This document shows, in pieces, positions 13,006 through 25,787 of a stretch of 64,000 nucleotides of DNA. A program made the position numbers and the translations under genes. Source of the stretch: Camelus dromedarius (taxonomy: Eukaryota). The notes under the pieces are model-generated. The model saw only the letters and a list, made by a program, of their open reading frames with translations, did not search any database and was not told the DNA's origin. The first letter of the stretch is position 1. Every line of letters begins with the position of its first letter. The stretch covers positions 108,192,001-108,256,000 of the forward strand of contig NC_087437.1 in the NCBI RefSeq assembly GCF_036321535.1, read 5' to 3'.

Positions 13006-13384
13006 ATAGATAATTGGGATTTAGTTTCTTCTCACAAATGTTCCTGCCTTTCTTCCTCTGGACTTCTTGATTTCCTGACACCTCCCCCCTTCCATCTCTC
13101 ATCTTACTCCAAATCTTTTGTAAATAAGCAACATGATGAAAGATAATTATTATTAATAAAGCTATTTTTTTAGTTAACTATGCCTTCATGACAGTCACCA
13201 GATCAAAATATCTCCTCACCAAGACTAGCCAAATTGCTGCCCAGAGCCAGAAAAACTGATGATGAGTCATACGAGATAATGGTGTCTGACCAAGGGTGAG
13301 AAGCAGAATTCCCCCGTACCCTTGAGACTGCTCAGAGGCAGAGAGGCAGGCCAAGAGCTATCTCTGGACTTGCACATACCTCTG

Positions 13385-13525
13385 TCTGAATCTCAATTCT
13401 TCCAGCTCCTCAGCATGGACACTAGGACAAACTCCTTAACCTCTTGGAGATTCAATTTCCTCATCATTGAATGAGTATAATGCATTTTAGGGTATATATA
13501 GTATATGCTCAGTTAAATGTTTCCT
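13385..13525 (+). mobile_element. MIR fragment
   Basis: 'ctaggacaaactccttaacctcttggagattcaatttcctcatc' MIR core. Confidence 0.65.
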
Positions 13526-13793
13526 TAAAAGCTCCAAATGTCTGAAAAATATATTTCCAAAATGACACACTTAGAATTATGTTATTATTCACTGAAAAAA
13601 AATTTCTGTGTGCAAGCACTATACCAGCTGCCTGAGATATAGAAATGGAATCCATATCTTTATCCTCAGATCCAAAGAGTTAATATAGATGGGTCTATAA
13701 ATAACTGATTACAGTACTTGTCATTAAATGTCCTAAGACATCTTAGAGGTCAGGGATAGACTATGATATTATAATCATTTTGTATTCAGGAAG

Positions 13794-14268
13794 TATGATG
13801 GTTAATTTTATGCGTCAACTTGACAGATCACAGGGTATCCAGGTTAAACATTATTTCTGAGTGTGTCTGTGAGGGTATTTCCAAAAGAGATTAATTAAGA
13901 GATGAATGAGTGAAATCAGTAAAGAAGATTGCCCTCACCAATGTGAGTGGACATCATCTAATCCTTTGAGAAGAAAAGAGAAACGTAGGTGGAAGGAGGA
14001 GGAATTTTCCCCTCTTTTCTTCTTGCCCAACAGATTGAGCTGGGACATCTAAGCTCATCTTCTGCTCTCAGACTGGGATTTATACCAGTTGGCTCCCTTG
14101 GTTCTCAGGCCTTCAGATTCAGATCTAATTACACTACCAGGTTGTCTGGGTCTTCAGCTTTGCAGACAAGAGATCACGGGACTTCTCAGCCTTTGTAACT
14201 GCATCAGCTAGTTCCTCAAAATAAATCTCCTACTGGTTCTGTTTCTTTGGAGATCCTTGACAAATACA
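13794..14268 (+). mobile_element. MLT2 (ERVL) solo LTR
   Basis: Begins 'tatgatggttaattttatgcgtcaacttgac', has AATAAA near 14220, ends 'ggttctgtttctttggagatccttgacaaataca'. Confidence 0.9.
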
Positions 14269-14921
14269 AGATGCTAGGAAAGCTTATCCTATGTGGGAAT
14301 CAAGACTCTCTCCCACAGGGTTATTAAGTTGGATATTTAAAGATCAAAACAGGACAGGAATAAAAGTATCTCTTTGTTAGTTGCTCTATCTTAGTACAAC
14401 TAATTGCCCTGGTTGAAAGAAAAATTGAAGCCCAATGCCATCCTCCCCTTAAGCCTGCTACATTTCAAATACTGAAATCAGCAGGCATGAGAGAGAAAGA
14501 TACAGAGGAGTCCATTTACCTACCCAGACACAGCGTGAGAGTCAGAGAAAGCCACCAGAACTGAAGAGGAATCCCCAACTTTGCTTACCAATTCTGCAAC
14601 ACTGTACCAAAAAAAAAAAAAAAAGGAGGAAATGACAATGAGAAATCCTGAAGCCTGGATGCCTCACTTTGAAACTATATCCAATGATTGCAGCCCAGCG
14701 GCACACCCACTGATAACTGTGTGCAATCAAAATCTCTGAATTTGAATAATCAGATTAATCTCTTTCCTTGGGTGAAAGGTGGAGGGTAGGGAGAGAGGGC
14801 TGCTAAGAAACAGGTGAGCACAGGCAGTGTGCGTACATAGGGAGAAGCAGACAAAGTCTTCCCTCCAATCAGATACAAAGCTGGCATAATCAGTTATCAT
14901 CCTGCATTATCACCTTGGAAT

Positions 14922-15396
14922 TGCTGACAAAAATTTAATCAGTTAGTCTAAGAAAGAAATGGAAAATTTTATTCAAGCCAAATTTGAAGATTATAATCCA
15001 GGAAGAGCACCTCAGAAAGCGCTGAGCACTGTTCTGCTCATTAGAAATCAAGGCAGAGCTATACAAGTTTTTTGAGACAGAGGGCTCTACATCAAACGAT
15101 GTGTTATTGACATTTTACGTAATTCAGATCTAAGCATCATCCTGGTGGGTCATGTGACTCCTTACAAGATCAAGAAAGAATGTTATCTTTTAAGGAGTTG
15201 TCTTGCTGATGCTGGGAGAATATTTTCCTTGATGGTTGAGCAGGTAATCCTGCTGATGGGGGAGGTTTGGTCTGGTCAATGCTTAATGCAGATGCACAAT
15301 GCACGGTGAAGGGAGAGAGGAGGCCAAAGAGCAGACAAAATTTTTATATTTTTAAATTTTTCTTGTCTTGCCACAAAATATGAATTTTATTACACA
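14922..15396 (-). mobile_element. ERV1-class solo LTR (MER4-group-like)
   Basis: TG...CA termini; perfect 4-bp TSD gaat (14918-21 and 15397-400); minus-strand AATAAA near 14950. Confidence 0.8.
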
Positions 15397-16254
15397 GAAT
15401 TATTAAATGTTATCAGGAAGATATCTACAGAACTCAAAATATTTTATTTGAGTCTCATTACACGACAGTGCTTTCTTCTTAAAATGAATAACTATACAAA
15501 CTAGACTAAACATTTATTATAGTTCAGCGTAGACTTCAGGAAAAGTCCTAGATGGTATCAGGGGCAGTGGGGGAACTGATGGGACACATCTTTACTTTCA
15601 CAGCGATTCAAGTCACTCCACTATAACTGGGAAATACGTCTGCCAGAAACTGAAACACAAAGTATTAATGTTGGAGACAGTGGGAAAAATAACCAGAAGA
15701 GATCTTATACAGTGCTTTGCTGAAATATAAAGGCACACTATGTCTGCGACATCATACTATCAGAATAAGAAATGATGGTGGTTCCTTTGTATTTTGGAGG
15801 CAAATACAGTGAGAAGGAACAGACTCCAACAGCAGAGGAAAACAAGGAACTAGAATAACTCGGGATTGAGGGGCTGGAGGGAGGGTTAGAAACCTGAAAA
15901 GAGATCAGAAAATCATGAATGAACTTGGATCAAGGGACTCACTCCTTTAACAGGCAGGGTCAAATTTCTGCATCTGTGAGATCTGGAAGCAGATTCAATG
16001 GATCCATGCAAGTCACCTTGTAAGAACCCCGTTGACATCTCCCCTCTGCTGTCAGATCTTTTTGGCCCCGCCTGAATCCTAAGGCCTCCAAAACTTGTTC
16101 TATTTCCCAGCTGCAGAGAACTCAGTCATAGAAACAAGTGCTTGTTAGGCTGTTACCAATCCCTTGCCTCCACCTCTATATCATTTTCTGTTAACACCAC
16201 CAGAAGCCCGTCTTCTAGAGGGCTACCTTTAGGCCAGGACTTGATTGCACCTGA

Positions 16255-16475
16255 GTTCCTTATCTACTTTAGATATTAACTCCTTACCATATGCCTGATT
16301 TTAAAATATTTTCTCCATTCCATAAATTATCATTTCCTTTTGTTGATTGTTTCCTTTTTGGTGTGGAAATTTTGTGGTTTGATGGCGTCCTCCCCATTTA
16401 TTTTTGCTTTTCTTGCTATCCTTTTGTTGTCAGATCCAAAAAAAATCCGTGCCAAGACCAGTGTCAAGGAGATTC
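16255..16475 (-). mobile_element. Old L1 ORF2 fragment
   Basis: 'gatattaactccttacc...aaatattttctccattc...gttgattgtttcctttt...gccaagaccagtgtcaagga' is antisense L1 ORF2. Confidence 0.8.
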
Positions 16476-16642
16476 TCATTTTCATGAGGATCTATTTAGC
16501 AAGTAATTTGCGGCCAACACTGATAATATCTTGTCTAATGTCCATTATTCATTTTTTTTTCACTCACAGCATTCTGTTTTCCTGTAAGATGGCAACATAT
16601 CCAGTTTAAAATACTTAGCTTTGCAGAATTTGATGCCACGAG

Positions 16643-17247
16643 TGTTAGAGCAGGCGGACAGCTAGATATGAGCAGAGAAAGGGGGACGCAGACCAAATGG
16701 CAGAAAGCTATATATCTTGTGAACAATGGGGGTCCTTGGGAAGACAGAAAAAGGAGGAACCTCTGGACTGATAAGAAATCACATATTTGGGATGACAAGT
16801 GTCCTGGAAACAGGCAAAGAAAGGTGGGAAAAGGCAGGAATCTCCAGTGTCTGAATGTAAACTTTTGTTCATTACGCCCTCATTTCAATAAAATTAACCT
16901 GGCAGATGAGAAGTACCCATCGTGCACTGACGCCATGACACTTCTGATCCAGACTAAATGCGGACAAAAATCCCTTCTCCTCCGGGAAGGTGGAACTAGG
17001 ATGAAAATCAGGGAATGTGACCCCAAACTCTTCCCTCTCCAATGAATATTCTACCCATTTAATTTCACATCCTATGTAACCAGCTTGCCAAAGAAACTCA
17101 GTGCAGCTGCCCACCTGCACCTGCCTGCTCTTCCTTTGAGGGTGTACTGTTGTATCCCTTAATAAATCCTCACTCTACTTTCCTTACCTCTGTGTCTCTT
17201 CTCTGAATTCTTTCTGCCATGAGACAAGAACCTAATAGCTGGCAACA
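16643..17247 (+). mobile_element. ERV1-class solo LTR (MER50/MER41-like), inserted in an older MaLR LTR
   Basis: 'tgttagagcaggcggacagctagatatgagcag' start, AATAAA at 17161, 'gaattctttctg...gagacaagaacc...aaca' end; TSD cgag/ctag. Confidence 0.8.
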
Positions 17248-17251
17248 CTAG

Positions 17252-17570
17252 GACACATGCTGTACATCTGGCCAATAAGATTTAGAAGAAAGGCATTGAG
17301 TATGGTTTCCTGTGAAGTTGGAGAGAAAGGCAGTCAGTTGACAGTTACCCTTTGGTTTTTGCTCTTTGGTCCTCTGTTCTTTCCTTGGAATATACTCACT
17401 GTAGGCTGAAGTAGAGAAGCTAGCAGTTACAGGACAGTTACCCTGCTAGTCTAGTCCTGGGTACCCCACCTCTGGGCTTTCATTATCTGTGAAAAATGAG
17501 TTCTTTCCAGTTCAGTCCTTGCTTATCAAATTTCCCTTACCATATGCCAAGTGTGATCTTGATCAGAAAA
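17252..17570 (+). mobile_element. Old MaLR (MLT1-late type) LTR remnant
   Basis: 'catctggccaataagatttagaag...ccccacctctgggcttt' MLT1K/L-like; may continue left of 16643. Confidence 0.45.
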
Positions 17571-18325
17571 TTTTATATTAGTTTGTTTAGAACAATTTTC
17601 TCATTTAGATTTATCAGGAGCATTTATATAAACTTTGAACTGTCTTAATCTTTCTTCTAATTCAATTTTTCAGCATTTAAATTTTGCAGCTATTATAATA
17701 GTCCCAATAGGATTCATTCAAGCTGCAACAAATTATCTTATTTTAAAAGTTCAATTTGAAAAAAAAATAAAAAGATTGTGTGCTATTCAGTATGTCATGT
17801 TGACTATAAATTGCACAAAGAACTTCTGCTTTTCGGACTGATTTTATTAACATTGGCATTAGTACCTGATGATGTTTCCTCTAGAGGGTGGAGGGGAAGG
17901 GAGGGGACGGCATAAGACTTATTCGTGTATCCAGTGATCATTGAGTGATGACGGCAACGTTGTGAAGAGGATGAGCCATGAGCAAACAATTCAGCAAAGC
18001 CCGATGCAGAGACGGAGTGTCATTTCTTAATCACAAAACTTTCTCCTCATCAGTGATGGTCTTTGTGACTCAAATACGTACAAACATCACTTGTTTTGAG
18101 CCAAAAGAAAGTCAGCTTGAGAAATACTAATTATCCAGCAATAATAGTGACTTGGCTCTCACTGTCTTGAGCGCTTTCTGGAGAGAAATATTGCCCTGAC
18201 TTACGACCCTTTCCCACGAAATTCTCCATAGTCTTATAGGCAGTTAATAATAAGGATCAGTAAATGTGAACTGTGCCCTCATAATATGGATTGTAAAAAA
18301 TGTATATGTAGCAGTTAAAGTAAAG

Positions 18326-18440
18326 TGTTTTTGTTTGTTTGTTTTGTTTCGTTTTGTTTTTAACGGAGGTATTGGGGATTGAACCCAAGACTTCATGCAT
18401 GCTAACCATGATCTCTACCCCGAGCTCTACCCTCCCCCCC
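18326..18440 (-). mobile_element. Vic-1-type SINE (short form)
   Basis: 'ggaggtattggggattgaacccaagacttcatgcatgctaacc...gagctctaccctccccccc' plus (GTTT)n tail. Confidence 0.85.
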
Positions 18441-19384
18441 AAATACAGTAGATAAATTCTACTCTATGCCAACCTAGGAAAGGTCTCAAAGGCATGACAA
18501 GGAGCAGTGTGACGGTTGGTGGCATGCCTCCATCAGGGTGAAATGTATTTTTAGCCTGGTCTTTAATGAGGGAGCTACTCTTCCTGTAGCCAGATTACAG
18601 CAGAAAGCCAATGCAAAACAGCACAGGGAATTGTGGGACCATGGATCTTCCAGATTAACAAGAAATACTTTTTCTTGGCATAACCCAAGCAAAAAGAGGC
18701 TCTGATGCTTTCCTAGGCTAATAGTAACTAGTATCATGGTAAGGGCAGAGTGAATTTCCCCTTTGCAATGTAATTAATACAAACTTTGTCACTTTAAAAT
18801 CAAACAGAGCAATTGCAGGTAGTGAATGAGAAATAGTTCTGTAATTTTTAATTTTTAATGAGAAATAGTTTTGTGATTTAATTTTAATAGCTTTGATGAG
18901 AGGAAGTAACAGCTCAATGTAGACTGGTGTAACTTAATCCTTGGACAGGCAAGGCAGTCCAGGAAGGAACAGAATGATGCAGCTAAACCAGAAAAGAGAC
19001 CAAGCCCTCTCTTAGCTATTCCATGTTTAACGGGTTCATCCAAAAGGGGAAAGAAGAAATTCAAAGAAACTCCAAACCCCATTATGTATTATTTTACCTT
19101 GTTCTTTGCAATCATCAGTCATTTATTATTTTGAATTTAGTAAAGTAAATGTGATTCTCATTCTGTGGAACATGTGCAGTCATAACCAAAAGAAGCCTAC
19201 CCTCATTTTCTTTGCTTTTTATAGAAAGATTCCTTTTAGATGTTGGATGGATCCTGACAGACTTTTAAAATCAAGATTCTAATGTCCTCAATAGGAAAAC
19301 CTAAGTGATGGTACTTTCAGTGATTTCTATCAACTAATCTTACTTATCTAAGTGCACCACTTCTTACCACAGCTCTTTCTATCC

Positions 19385-19485
19385 ATACACTTTATTCTTG
19401 TGGTCCTCATAAGAATTCTATAAAATAAGTACTATCATTATAACTTTCATTTTACCATGAAAACCCTGAGGCACAGGAACCAAAC
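19385..19485 (-). mobile_element. MIR fragment
   Basis: 'aagtactatcattataactttcattttaccatgaaaaccctgaggcacag'. Confidence 0.6.
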
Positions 19486-20022
19486 AGCCAAAGGCACACA
19501 GAGCTTTCTATTGCAGTAAATAGAAGAGGACTAAATGTCTCCATTGCCAGATGCTTTTAGCAACTTGAGATGGGAGGAAAATCTGGGCATTGATTTTGAT
19601 AAGAAAATCAGACCTTCTGAAACCTTGAAACTTCAGCCAGATTTTCTTGCCTTATGCCGAGGATTTATTCCTGAGAGCAACTTGTGAAACCATATCTTTT
19701 TGAAAAATCACAGATTTAGCTCAGTCTGTTCCATCCTAAGTAGTCTCAAGGAAATATTTTACTAAGGACATTGATAGGTGACATGCTCTGAGGCAGGTAG
19801 ATTGCCAAGTACATTTACCACAAGTGCATTTCACTTGACTTCCTGAGGCATTGAAGCATACTGTTATATTTGGAAATATGCCAAAGACAGAAAGTGAAGG
19901 GAATTTCCGTTTTTCTCTTGGTTAATCACTAAGTCCAATTAACCAAAACACCATGTCTCATGCTTTCTTGTTAATACAACTTTACCTGTCCCCAAGTACA
20001 TTTTTTTAAAATGAAGACTGCG

Positions 20023-20340
20023 TTTTTTTAAACAGCTTAACATTAAGAGTAAAATTGAAGGGAAGAGACAGAGATTCCCCATATAACCCCGGCCACCCCA
20101 TATACATAGCCTCCCCCATGATCAACACCCCCATCAGAATCCTACAATTTTGAACCTACATTGTGGGTTCAGCCTACATTTACACATTGTAATCACCCAA
20201 AGTCCATAGTTTATATTAGGGTTCACTTTGTTTTATAGTCTATGGATTTGACAAATATATAATGACATGTATCCATTATTATGATATCATAGAGGCAGAA
20301 TATTTCCTCTGACCTAAAAATCTTCTGTGCTCCATCTATC
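20023..20340 (-). mobile_element. L1MC1/2-type 3' end
   Basis: 'aaaattgaagggaagagacagagattccccatata...aatcacccaaagtccatagtttatattagggttcact'. Confidence 0.8.
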
Positions 20341-20398
20341 CAAGATAACACAATAATACAATAATCACAGCAATCAACACCTAAAACATTTTAATATA

Positions 20399-20448
20399 GA
20401 AAAAGAAAAGGAGAAAAAGACAATGGAAGAAAGAAAGAAAGAAAGAAA

Positions 20449-20545
<97 letters not shown>

Positions 20546-20772
20546 TGAGAGAGAGAAAGAAAGAGAAAAAGAAAGAAAAAAAGAAAGAAAGAAAAAGAAA
20601 GAAAGAAAAAGAAAAGAAAGAGAGGGAGGGAGGAAGGAAGGAAGGAAAAGAGGAGGGGAGAGGAGAGCAGAGGAGAGAAGAGAAGAGGAGAGAGAGGAGA
20701 GAAGAGAAAAAGAGAGAGAAGTGGAGGGAGGAGAGGGAGGAAAGAGGAGAAGAAGGGAAGAAAGAAGGAAGA
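20399..20772. repeat. Polypurine tract: (GAAA)n then GGAA/GAGAG-rich
   Basis: Read directly; (GAAA)n core ~20428-20545. Confidence 0.97.
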
Positions 20773-21850
20773 TCATTTTTCACATTCTCATAATATAACC
20801 ACTAAAATCAGAACATTAATGTGGATACATTCCTACCATCTCATTCTTATAACCCAATCAGATTTTACCAATTATCTCAATAACATCCTGCAGAGAAAAA
20901 AGTCCAATTCAGAGCCACACATCACATTTTGTTGTCACACTCTTTGAATTCCCTTCAGTCTGGGAAAGTTCCTCAGTCTTTCATTCACTTTCATGAGCTC
21001 AGACATTTGAAGGCTGCAAGCATGTGCTTTTGCAGAATTTTTCTCATTGTGGGTTGATCTGTTGTTCTCTTGTGATTTCGTTCAGGTAATCCATTTCTAG
21101 CAGGCATAGCACCTAACTGATGGTGTGTTATTTTCATTTTATTCTATAAGACTGCACAATTTTGGTTTGTTCTGTTTCTGATGTTCCATTATTTTTGTCA
21201 CTTGATTAAGGTGCTGTCCACCAGACCTATCCACCATGTTCTTTTCCCTTTGTCATTAGTGAGTATTTTGTGGAAAGTGAATGCCCTGTTCTTCCACAAC
21301 TTTTTGATTTGTGTATACCTATAGTACCTCATGGTTTCCAATCTTTATTCAATGGGTTATAATTCTTTAATATTATTTTTTATTTTGATCTCCAAATTGT
21401 TTCCTTTGCAGGTAATGATTTCTTCTGACCCAAGGTTTTGAACTGCATTCTTCCTCTTCTGATGCAGTCCTAACACTCCTGGCCCAATGAGACATTCCAT
21501 GTTCATCTATTATTTTCCCTGCTCCTGCCCTGGAATCAATCATTTCTCCAAGGATCTCTGGTTCCTTTTAGTCTGGGTGTAAGATATGCTCAATGCTGTT
21601 GGATCATTGTTGCTCAGTTCTTCTAAGAGAATAAATGAACACACAAACACATATGAATTTACATCTGTATTTCTATATTTAGCTATAAGTCTTGAAAATT
21701 ATGAATTCATATCAGTAACTAATCTTAATCCTACCTCACTGGGTTCATTCTAATTTTCTTTCTTTCCATGAATGTAATTCTCTTTACCAATAATGAGAAA
21801 ATTGGCTTTCATTGTTCTTAAATATTTATTTATTTATAAAATATCTTACA
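20773..21850 (-). mobile_element. L1MC4/5-type 3' region
   Basis: 'cacattttgttgtcacactct...cttcagtctgggaaagttcctcagtctttc...cacttgattaaggtgctgtc...ccctggaatcaatcatttctccaagga'. Confidence 0.75.
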
Positions 21851-21959
21851 TTTAACTATTTCTTGCCTCTGCCATGATCCCAACTTCACACCGATTTCCT
21901 TCTCAATCAGCTCCAGAAGTCTGGGCTGCCTGCCACGTGAATGTCCCTTACCTCCTTAT

Positions 21960-22143
21960 ACAGTTGCCAGGTAAAATAGAGTATGCTCAGTTAAATTGAA
22001 ATTTCCAATAAACATGAATTGTTTTTTAGTACAAATAGGCCTTAAGACATATCTGTACTTTTTCCACATCAATATACATACTTATACTAAAAAGTGATTA
22101 ATTGTTCATCTGAAGTTCAAATTTAATGGGGTAACTTGTATTC
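21960..22143. mobile_element. MER53 (hAT MITE, palindromic)
   Basis: 'gttgccaggtaaaata...cagttaaattgaaatttc...catacttatactaaaaag...tctgaagttcaaatttaa'. Confidence 0.8.
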
Positions 22144-22820
22144 TAGCATTAAAGGTCAGGCTTTCTTCACACAGTCAGACACTTTCCGTCCAAACTCTGG
22201 CCACTCTCTCTGCATTGCCTTTCCACTCCCACTTAGGACTCTGACTCCTCCAGCCAAGCTGACTGTCTGTGGGCCAGTGCTCTGTTGCAACACCAATCCT
22301 GAGCTGGGGTCTGATACTCACACCAGGCCTGTGGCGCAGGGCAGCCCACTTATCAGATGCTCCCACCGCTCAGCTGTGACACACTGCTCTGGGTCACTCC
22401 ATCTCTCCCCAGCTCCCATGAGGATGCCCGCATTCTTCTGCTCCACCCAGTCGTTTTTAGGATCATGTGTTCAGAGAGGGAAGGACAGGGAAATGAGAGG
22501 AGCAAAGGGAAGAAAAAGAACCCCAAGCATTTTTGAGGCCAGATTTCAGAATTTAACACCAAATGTTCATTTTATGATAGCAGGAGATTGCCAAGAAATA
22601 TGTCAGAAAAATAGAAGAAAGTTCTGATAACAAGGATGACTTATCATTTATATTTTCTTCCAGAGGATAAAATTTAAAGGCAAAAATAAATCATTTTAGA
22701 CTGTTTGTCCCAAAAGGCAAAAGTGATAAACCTGCTTGGGTAAGGGAAAGAAAGATATAAAGAATGGGAGGGGGTGGGGAAGAGAATAAAGAAAACAAAA
22801 GAGAGTAAGGAAAGAAAACC

Positions 22821-22827
22821 AAAGAAG

Positions 22828-22858
<31 letters not shown>

Positions 22859-22878
22859 AGAAAGAAAGAAAGAAAGAG

Positions 22879-22964
<86 letters not shown>

Positions 22965-23047
22965 GAAGGAAGGAAGGAAGGAAGGAAGGAAGGAAGGAAG
23001 AAAGAAAAGAAAGAAAGAGAAAGAAAGAGACAGAAAGAAAGAAAGAA

Positions 23048-23111
<64 letters not shown>

Positions 23112-23177
23112 GAAAGAAAGAAAGGAAGGAAGGAAGGAAGGAAGGAAGAAAGAAAAGAAAGAAAGAGACAGAAAGAA

Positions 23178-23245
<68 letters not shown>

Positions 23246-23356
23246 AGAAAGAAAGAAAGAAAGAAAGGAAGAAAGAAAGGAAGGAAGGAAGGAAGGAAGG
23301 AAGGAAGAAAAGAAAGAAAGAGAAAGAAAGAAAGAAAGAGACAGAAAGAAAGAAAG

Positions 23357-23398
<42 letters not shown>

Positions 23399-23447
23399 GA
23401 AGGAAGGAAGGAAGGAAGGAAGGAAGGAAGGAAGAAAAGAAAGAAAG

Positions 23448-23541
<94 letters not shown>

Positions 23542-23544
23542 GAA

Positions 23545-23586
<42 letters not shown>

Positions 23587-23726
23587 GAAAGAAAGAAAGG
23601 AAGGAAGGAAGGAAGGAAGAAAGAAAGAGAAAGAGAAAGAAAGAGAAAGAAAGAAGGAGGGAGAAAAAAGGGAAAGAAAGAAAGGGAAAAAAGAAGAAAA
23701 GAGAAAGAGATAAAAAGAGATAAAAG
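22821..23726. repeat. Compound (GAAA)n/(GGAA)n polypurine array, ~900 bp
   Basis: Read directly; C only at 23031, 23169 and 23342 within the core. Confidence 0.98.
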
Positions 23727-23835
23727 AGTCCATGTTATGCTAAGTAAGTAAACTACATGAAGTGTTTTAAAATATTATCATTTCAAATTTTATAACTTTA
23801 ATTAGAAATCTATAAAATCTGGTGACTATGTTTGA

Positions 23836-24152
23836 TGTGGCAGATAATTTGCCTCTTCCAACATGTATTTCTTTCTTTTTCTTTCCTTCCAAACCTTTAC
23901 TTAATTCAGACCAGCAAAGGGAAGACTTTTTATTTCTACCGAGACAATGGCATGGAAGCGACCATCATTTCCCACCTGTTTCTTTCCTGAAAGAAGCCGT
24001 CTGTATCCAAGAGACCTGGAGAGGCACTGACCATGGAATTGATGAGGACCTGAACTGAAGCCACACATCCCTCCCTCCAGCTACGTGAGGAAAAGGAACT
24101 CCTATTAGTTTAAGACACAGAAGTCAGTGTTTTGGTTACTTTCAGTACAGCA
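23836..24152 (+). mobile_element. Old MaLR/ERVL LTR remnant
   Basis: 'tgtggcagataatttg...' start and 'tagtttaagacacagaagtcagtgttttggttactttcag' 3' end. Confidence 0.4.
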
Positions 24153-25058
24153 CTATGGTATTTTTATTTCAGGAAGGTTAAATTCAAAGAAATGACTCAA
24201 AGGAACCTGGCTCTGAGGGGATCTTCTCCCTGGAAGAGATGACTACAATTTTCTCTCCCAGTCTAAACTTACGACCCATGAAGATGGAGTTGCTAAAGGG
24301 AAGTTTAACATTTTATGAAGTGATGTGGTAATACAATGTCAAATTTTAAGGTTTCAAGGAAAAAAATGTGACTAAATTATATTATGTATAAAAATTATGA
24401 TATTTAAAATAAAACTTCATAAAATGAAAATATTGGATAGAGTGATAAAAACTGCAACACAGTGGTTTCCTTAATTAGGAGATGTGACATAATATATGAT
24501 TAGGAGGAATTAGTGAGATACTATATTTTAGGGATTTTAAACAATAAAGAACTATACATCTTCAGTATATTTAATATTGCAAAAGTCTATATTAAGTACA
24601 GGATCACACTTTTTTTGAACATTTAATTTGTTGCAATGATATATTAACTTTTATGTGAAGTAAAATTTATGCCATGTAAAATAGAATCTTTAGCTTATTG
24701 AATCCCACTGCTTATAAACCTGAGGATAAAAGATAAAAACACCCAATTCTGAGTCATAAAATAGATAACTGTACAGTAAATGTTCCCATTTTTCTATCTC
24801 TTTCAAAAGATACAGTCATAGCTATTATCAAGCAAGTATAAATTTTTTACTGAATCATTCTTCATGAAAATATATTTTGTCATTAATGGCCATATTGCCC
24901 AATTTAATTTTTCTACTTATCAATCAATACATTAACTCCTTTATTTTATTAACCCCTTTGGAAACCTTATCATGAACTAATTTTAATACTAATTTTAGTA
25001 ATTTTGTGTTCTCTATGAATGTATGTCAGTAAAGTATAATCATCAATGTATGTATATA

Positions 25059-25120
25059 AATGTATATAATTATATAATACATGTATGTAATTATATAATA
25101 AATGTATATAATTAAATAAA
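25059..25120. repeat. 21-bp AT-rich minisatellite, 3 copies
   Basis: aatgtatataattatataata / catgtatgtaattatataata / aatgtatataattaaataaa. Confidence 0.75.
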
Positions 25121-25418
25121 CAGAAAGTTGTACTACAAATGTCATATGTGTAAAATAATATAAAATATTCATACAGTAAGATAGCATGAAAGAAAACTGA
25201 AAATACCTGCATGTGTTTTCTCTCTTTTAAAAATAATACTGCAGTTTGCAAGAAAATATGTCATTTGGAAAAGCAATGCTTCTTCTCTGCCAAGAAAATT
25301 TTGTTGATTTACAGAGATTGGACAAATACTGTTCTATTGAACCAAAAACTTTGAGGTGGTTTTGTTTCTAGCTTTTCTCATTTGGAGGAGACAAAGGACT
25401 TCATTCTGTTATAGCACC

Positions 25419-25787
25419 TGCACTAGCCTGCTCAGGCTGCCATAACAAAGCACCACAGACATGGCGACTTGACAGGAATTGCTTTTCTCACAGTGATGGA
25501 GGCTGGACGCCTAAGATCAAGGTGCCCACAGAGTTGGTGTCTATCAAGGATTCTCCTTTGGGGTTCTTGGTGTGCTTACGTGGCCTCTTCTTTGTGCATG
25601 TGTGGAGAGTGAGAGCTCTATGGTGTTTCTTCTTCTAAGGACACTAATCCTATCTATCAAGGCCCAACCCTTATGACTTCACTTAAATTTAATCACCTCC
25701 TTGCAAGCTATCTCTACAAATCCAGTCATTTTGGAGGTTAGAGCTTTAACACATGAATTTGGGGGTAGCACAGTCCAGTTCTTAGCA
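25419..25787 (-). mobile_element. MLT1A0-like MaLR solo LTR
   Basis: 'caggctgccataacaaagcaccacagac...ttctcacagt...ggaggctgg...aagatcaaggtg...catgaatttggggg'; 5-bp TSD gcacc/ccacc. Confidence 0.9.

Noticed and set aside
16668..17120. 125-aa and 82-aa ORFs
   Set aside because: Inside a solo LTR; no protein signature
22136..22627. 163-aa ORF in GC-richer sequence
   Set aside because: Non-ATG start, no recognisable domain or splice structure
20381..23751. Long KER-rich and FLS-rich ORFs (up to 345 aa)
   Set aside because: Stop-free only because the sequence is (GAAA)n/(GGAA)n
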